From the NCBI GenBank assembly GCA_043228905.1, contig JBHGNT010000005.1, forward strand, positions 8,370,001-8,434,000: a stretch of DNA of 64,000 bases. Direction: 5' to 3'. A model generated the notes under the pieces. The model was not told the origin of the DNA, did not search any database, and saw only the letters and a list, made by a program, of their open reading frames with translations. Made by a program: the position numbers and the translations under genes. Source of the DNA: Azolla caroliniana (lineage: Eukaryota > Plantae > Polypodiophyta). Shown piece after piece: positions 62,295-64,000 of the stretch (the stretch's first letter is position 1; every line of letters begins with the position of its first letter).

Positions 62295-62667
62295 TGTTAG
62301 GATTTCGGTCCCTCCGGATGGGATATGAGTACCCGGCAAGGAAGACCCGGTGAGAACCGGATGACGAGTACTCGGCAAGGAAGACCCGGTGAGAACCGGA
62401 TGATGAGTACCCGGCAAGGAAGACCCGGTGAGAACCGGATGATGAGTACCCGGCAAGGAAGACTCGGTGAGAACCGGATGATGCAGGCCCGGTGAGTACC
62501 TCTCACCGGATGAAGGGACATATAGGTAAATATGTTTCTGAGATCCCATTGGGGCTATACATGTAAATAGTCCTAATGTCATATTAGTATAAATATGACC
62601 TAGGGCAAACACTTTTGTAGTGTTGGTCATTCTTTGCGTTGTAGTTGTAACTACTGTATAGAGCGTA

Positions 62668-62746
<79 letters not shown>

Positions 62747-64000
62747 CAGAGTGATTCTCTGTTGTAACCGCCGCTAGGCGAAGAGTGTGAGCACGAGGTC
62801 GTTGCCTCTGTGCCCCTTGTTGTATTCTTTGACATAGTGATAGTTTGGAGTCCGTGGGCTCCTGTGGTTTTTCCCATTTAGGGTTTTCCACATTAACATA
62901 CTGTGTACCCTCTCTCATATTGTCTGTGTCTACGTGTATTCTAAACGACACGATCTGAGACTCGGTTGTGGCCGAGAAATATTCCACATATTTCGCATCA
63001 ATATGGTATCAGAGCAAAACGACATAGAAAATGGAAGATTCGTTGGGAGGCATGTTCAAGCTCATCGGCTCACTCTACTCAATGTGGAAGTCGAAGATGA
63101 TGGACATGCTTGTGGTTAAAGATCTTTGGTTGCCGGTTCAGTTCGGGGACAAGAGGCCGGATAAGATTGACGCCACGGTGTGGGAGGTAATGCACATGAA
63201 GACAACGGCATACATACGGTGCTTCATCGACATGAGCCTGTACAACAACTTCAATGAAGAGAGCAAGGCTCATGAGCTCCGAGAGAAGATCGGCATTATG
63301 TTTCAGAACAAAAATGTTGTTAATCGGGTTTCGGTATTCCGGAAGCTAGTAAGACATCGGTACCAAGATGGCTCCAGTATGGTGGAGCACACGAATGCCT
63401 TCTAGGGGCTGATTCACCAGGCAACGTCGTTGGAAGTACCTCTCGCAGATGAGGTACTAGCATTGCTCCTGCTCGATTCCCTCCCAGATAGCTGGGAGAC
63501 GTTAGTTGTCACTTTGGGCAACGCCGGGCCGGAAGGAAAACAATTATCCTTAGCAAGAATATATCGAGCTTGCTAAATGAGGAGGCGCGTCGGAAAGACA
63601 AGGATACGAGCTCCGACTCCAAAGCGCTCCTTACCGAATCGGAACGCGGAAGAGAAAGGAACCGGAGTCCCCAGAACCGGGAAAAGTCGGGGACACAGTC
63701 ATAGTCAAGAGGAAGGCCCACTTGCTTCTACTGTGGGAAACCGGGGCACTTTCAGAAGAACTGTCAGCATTTCTGGAAAGAAAAGGAAACTGAAAATACT
63801 GATTCGAAGCGGTCACTGGATCGGAACGACAAAGACCGGACCGGAAGGGAATGACGGCAATTGCGGCAAGTGAAGAAGAGTCGATGCTCATCACTGAGGA
63901 GAGTGAGTTGAACCTTGCTGGCGACGAGACAACGTGGGTTGTCGATTCCGGAGCGTCGTCCCACCTTACCCCGAACCATAAATGCTTCTCATCCTACATA
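62295..64000 (+). mobile_element. Younger Ty1/Copia element: 5' LTR 62295-63000, PBS 63004-63015, disrupted gag and protease (runs off window)
   Basis: TGTTAG...CATCA LTR; PBS TGGTATCAGAGC; gag YSMWKSKMMDML...LLLLDSLPDSWETLV; zinc knuckle CFYCGKPGHF..NC; protease WVVDSGASSHL. In-frame stop at 63403-63405 and frameshifts. Confidence 0.93.

Noticed and set aside
62277-62987. 236-aa ORF, and similar ORFs at 4945-5376, 60412-60984 and 59145-59693
   Set aside because: Read-through of LTR tandem repeats and microsatellites; low complexity, no domain.

Overview
Eukaryotic nuclear DNA, AT-rich, from a land plant with flagellated sperm (most likely a bryophyte or lycophyte; inferred from a radial-spoke gene plus the retrotransposon types). 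A central region (15-52 kb) holds four intact-looking genes: an intronless ABCG half-transporter (-), a 5-exon MPPE1/Cdc1-like metallophosphoesterase (-), a 6-exon flagellar radial spoke head RSP4/6 gene (+), and an 11-exon PAT10-like S-acyltransferase with DHYC in place of DHHC (+). Both ends (0-12 kb and 52-64 kb) are clusters of nested, decayed Ty1/Copia and Ty3/Gypsy elements, solo LTRs, LINE fragments and a MITE. Five solo LTRs have perfect 5-bp target-site duplications. I found no clearly new multi-gene system. The most unusual signals are tRNA-like sequences at the start of two TGTCA-type LTR families, the DHYC variant, and hairpin-rich variable tandem arrays plus a conserved U5 hairpin in one Copia LTR group. 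Exon coordinates were derived by hand from GT/AG sites and reading-frame continuity.
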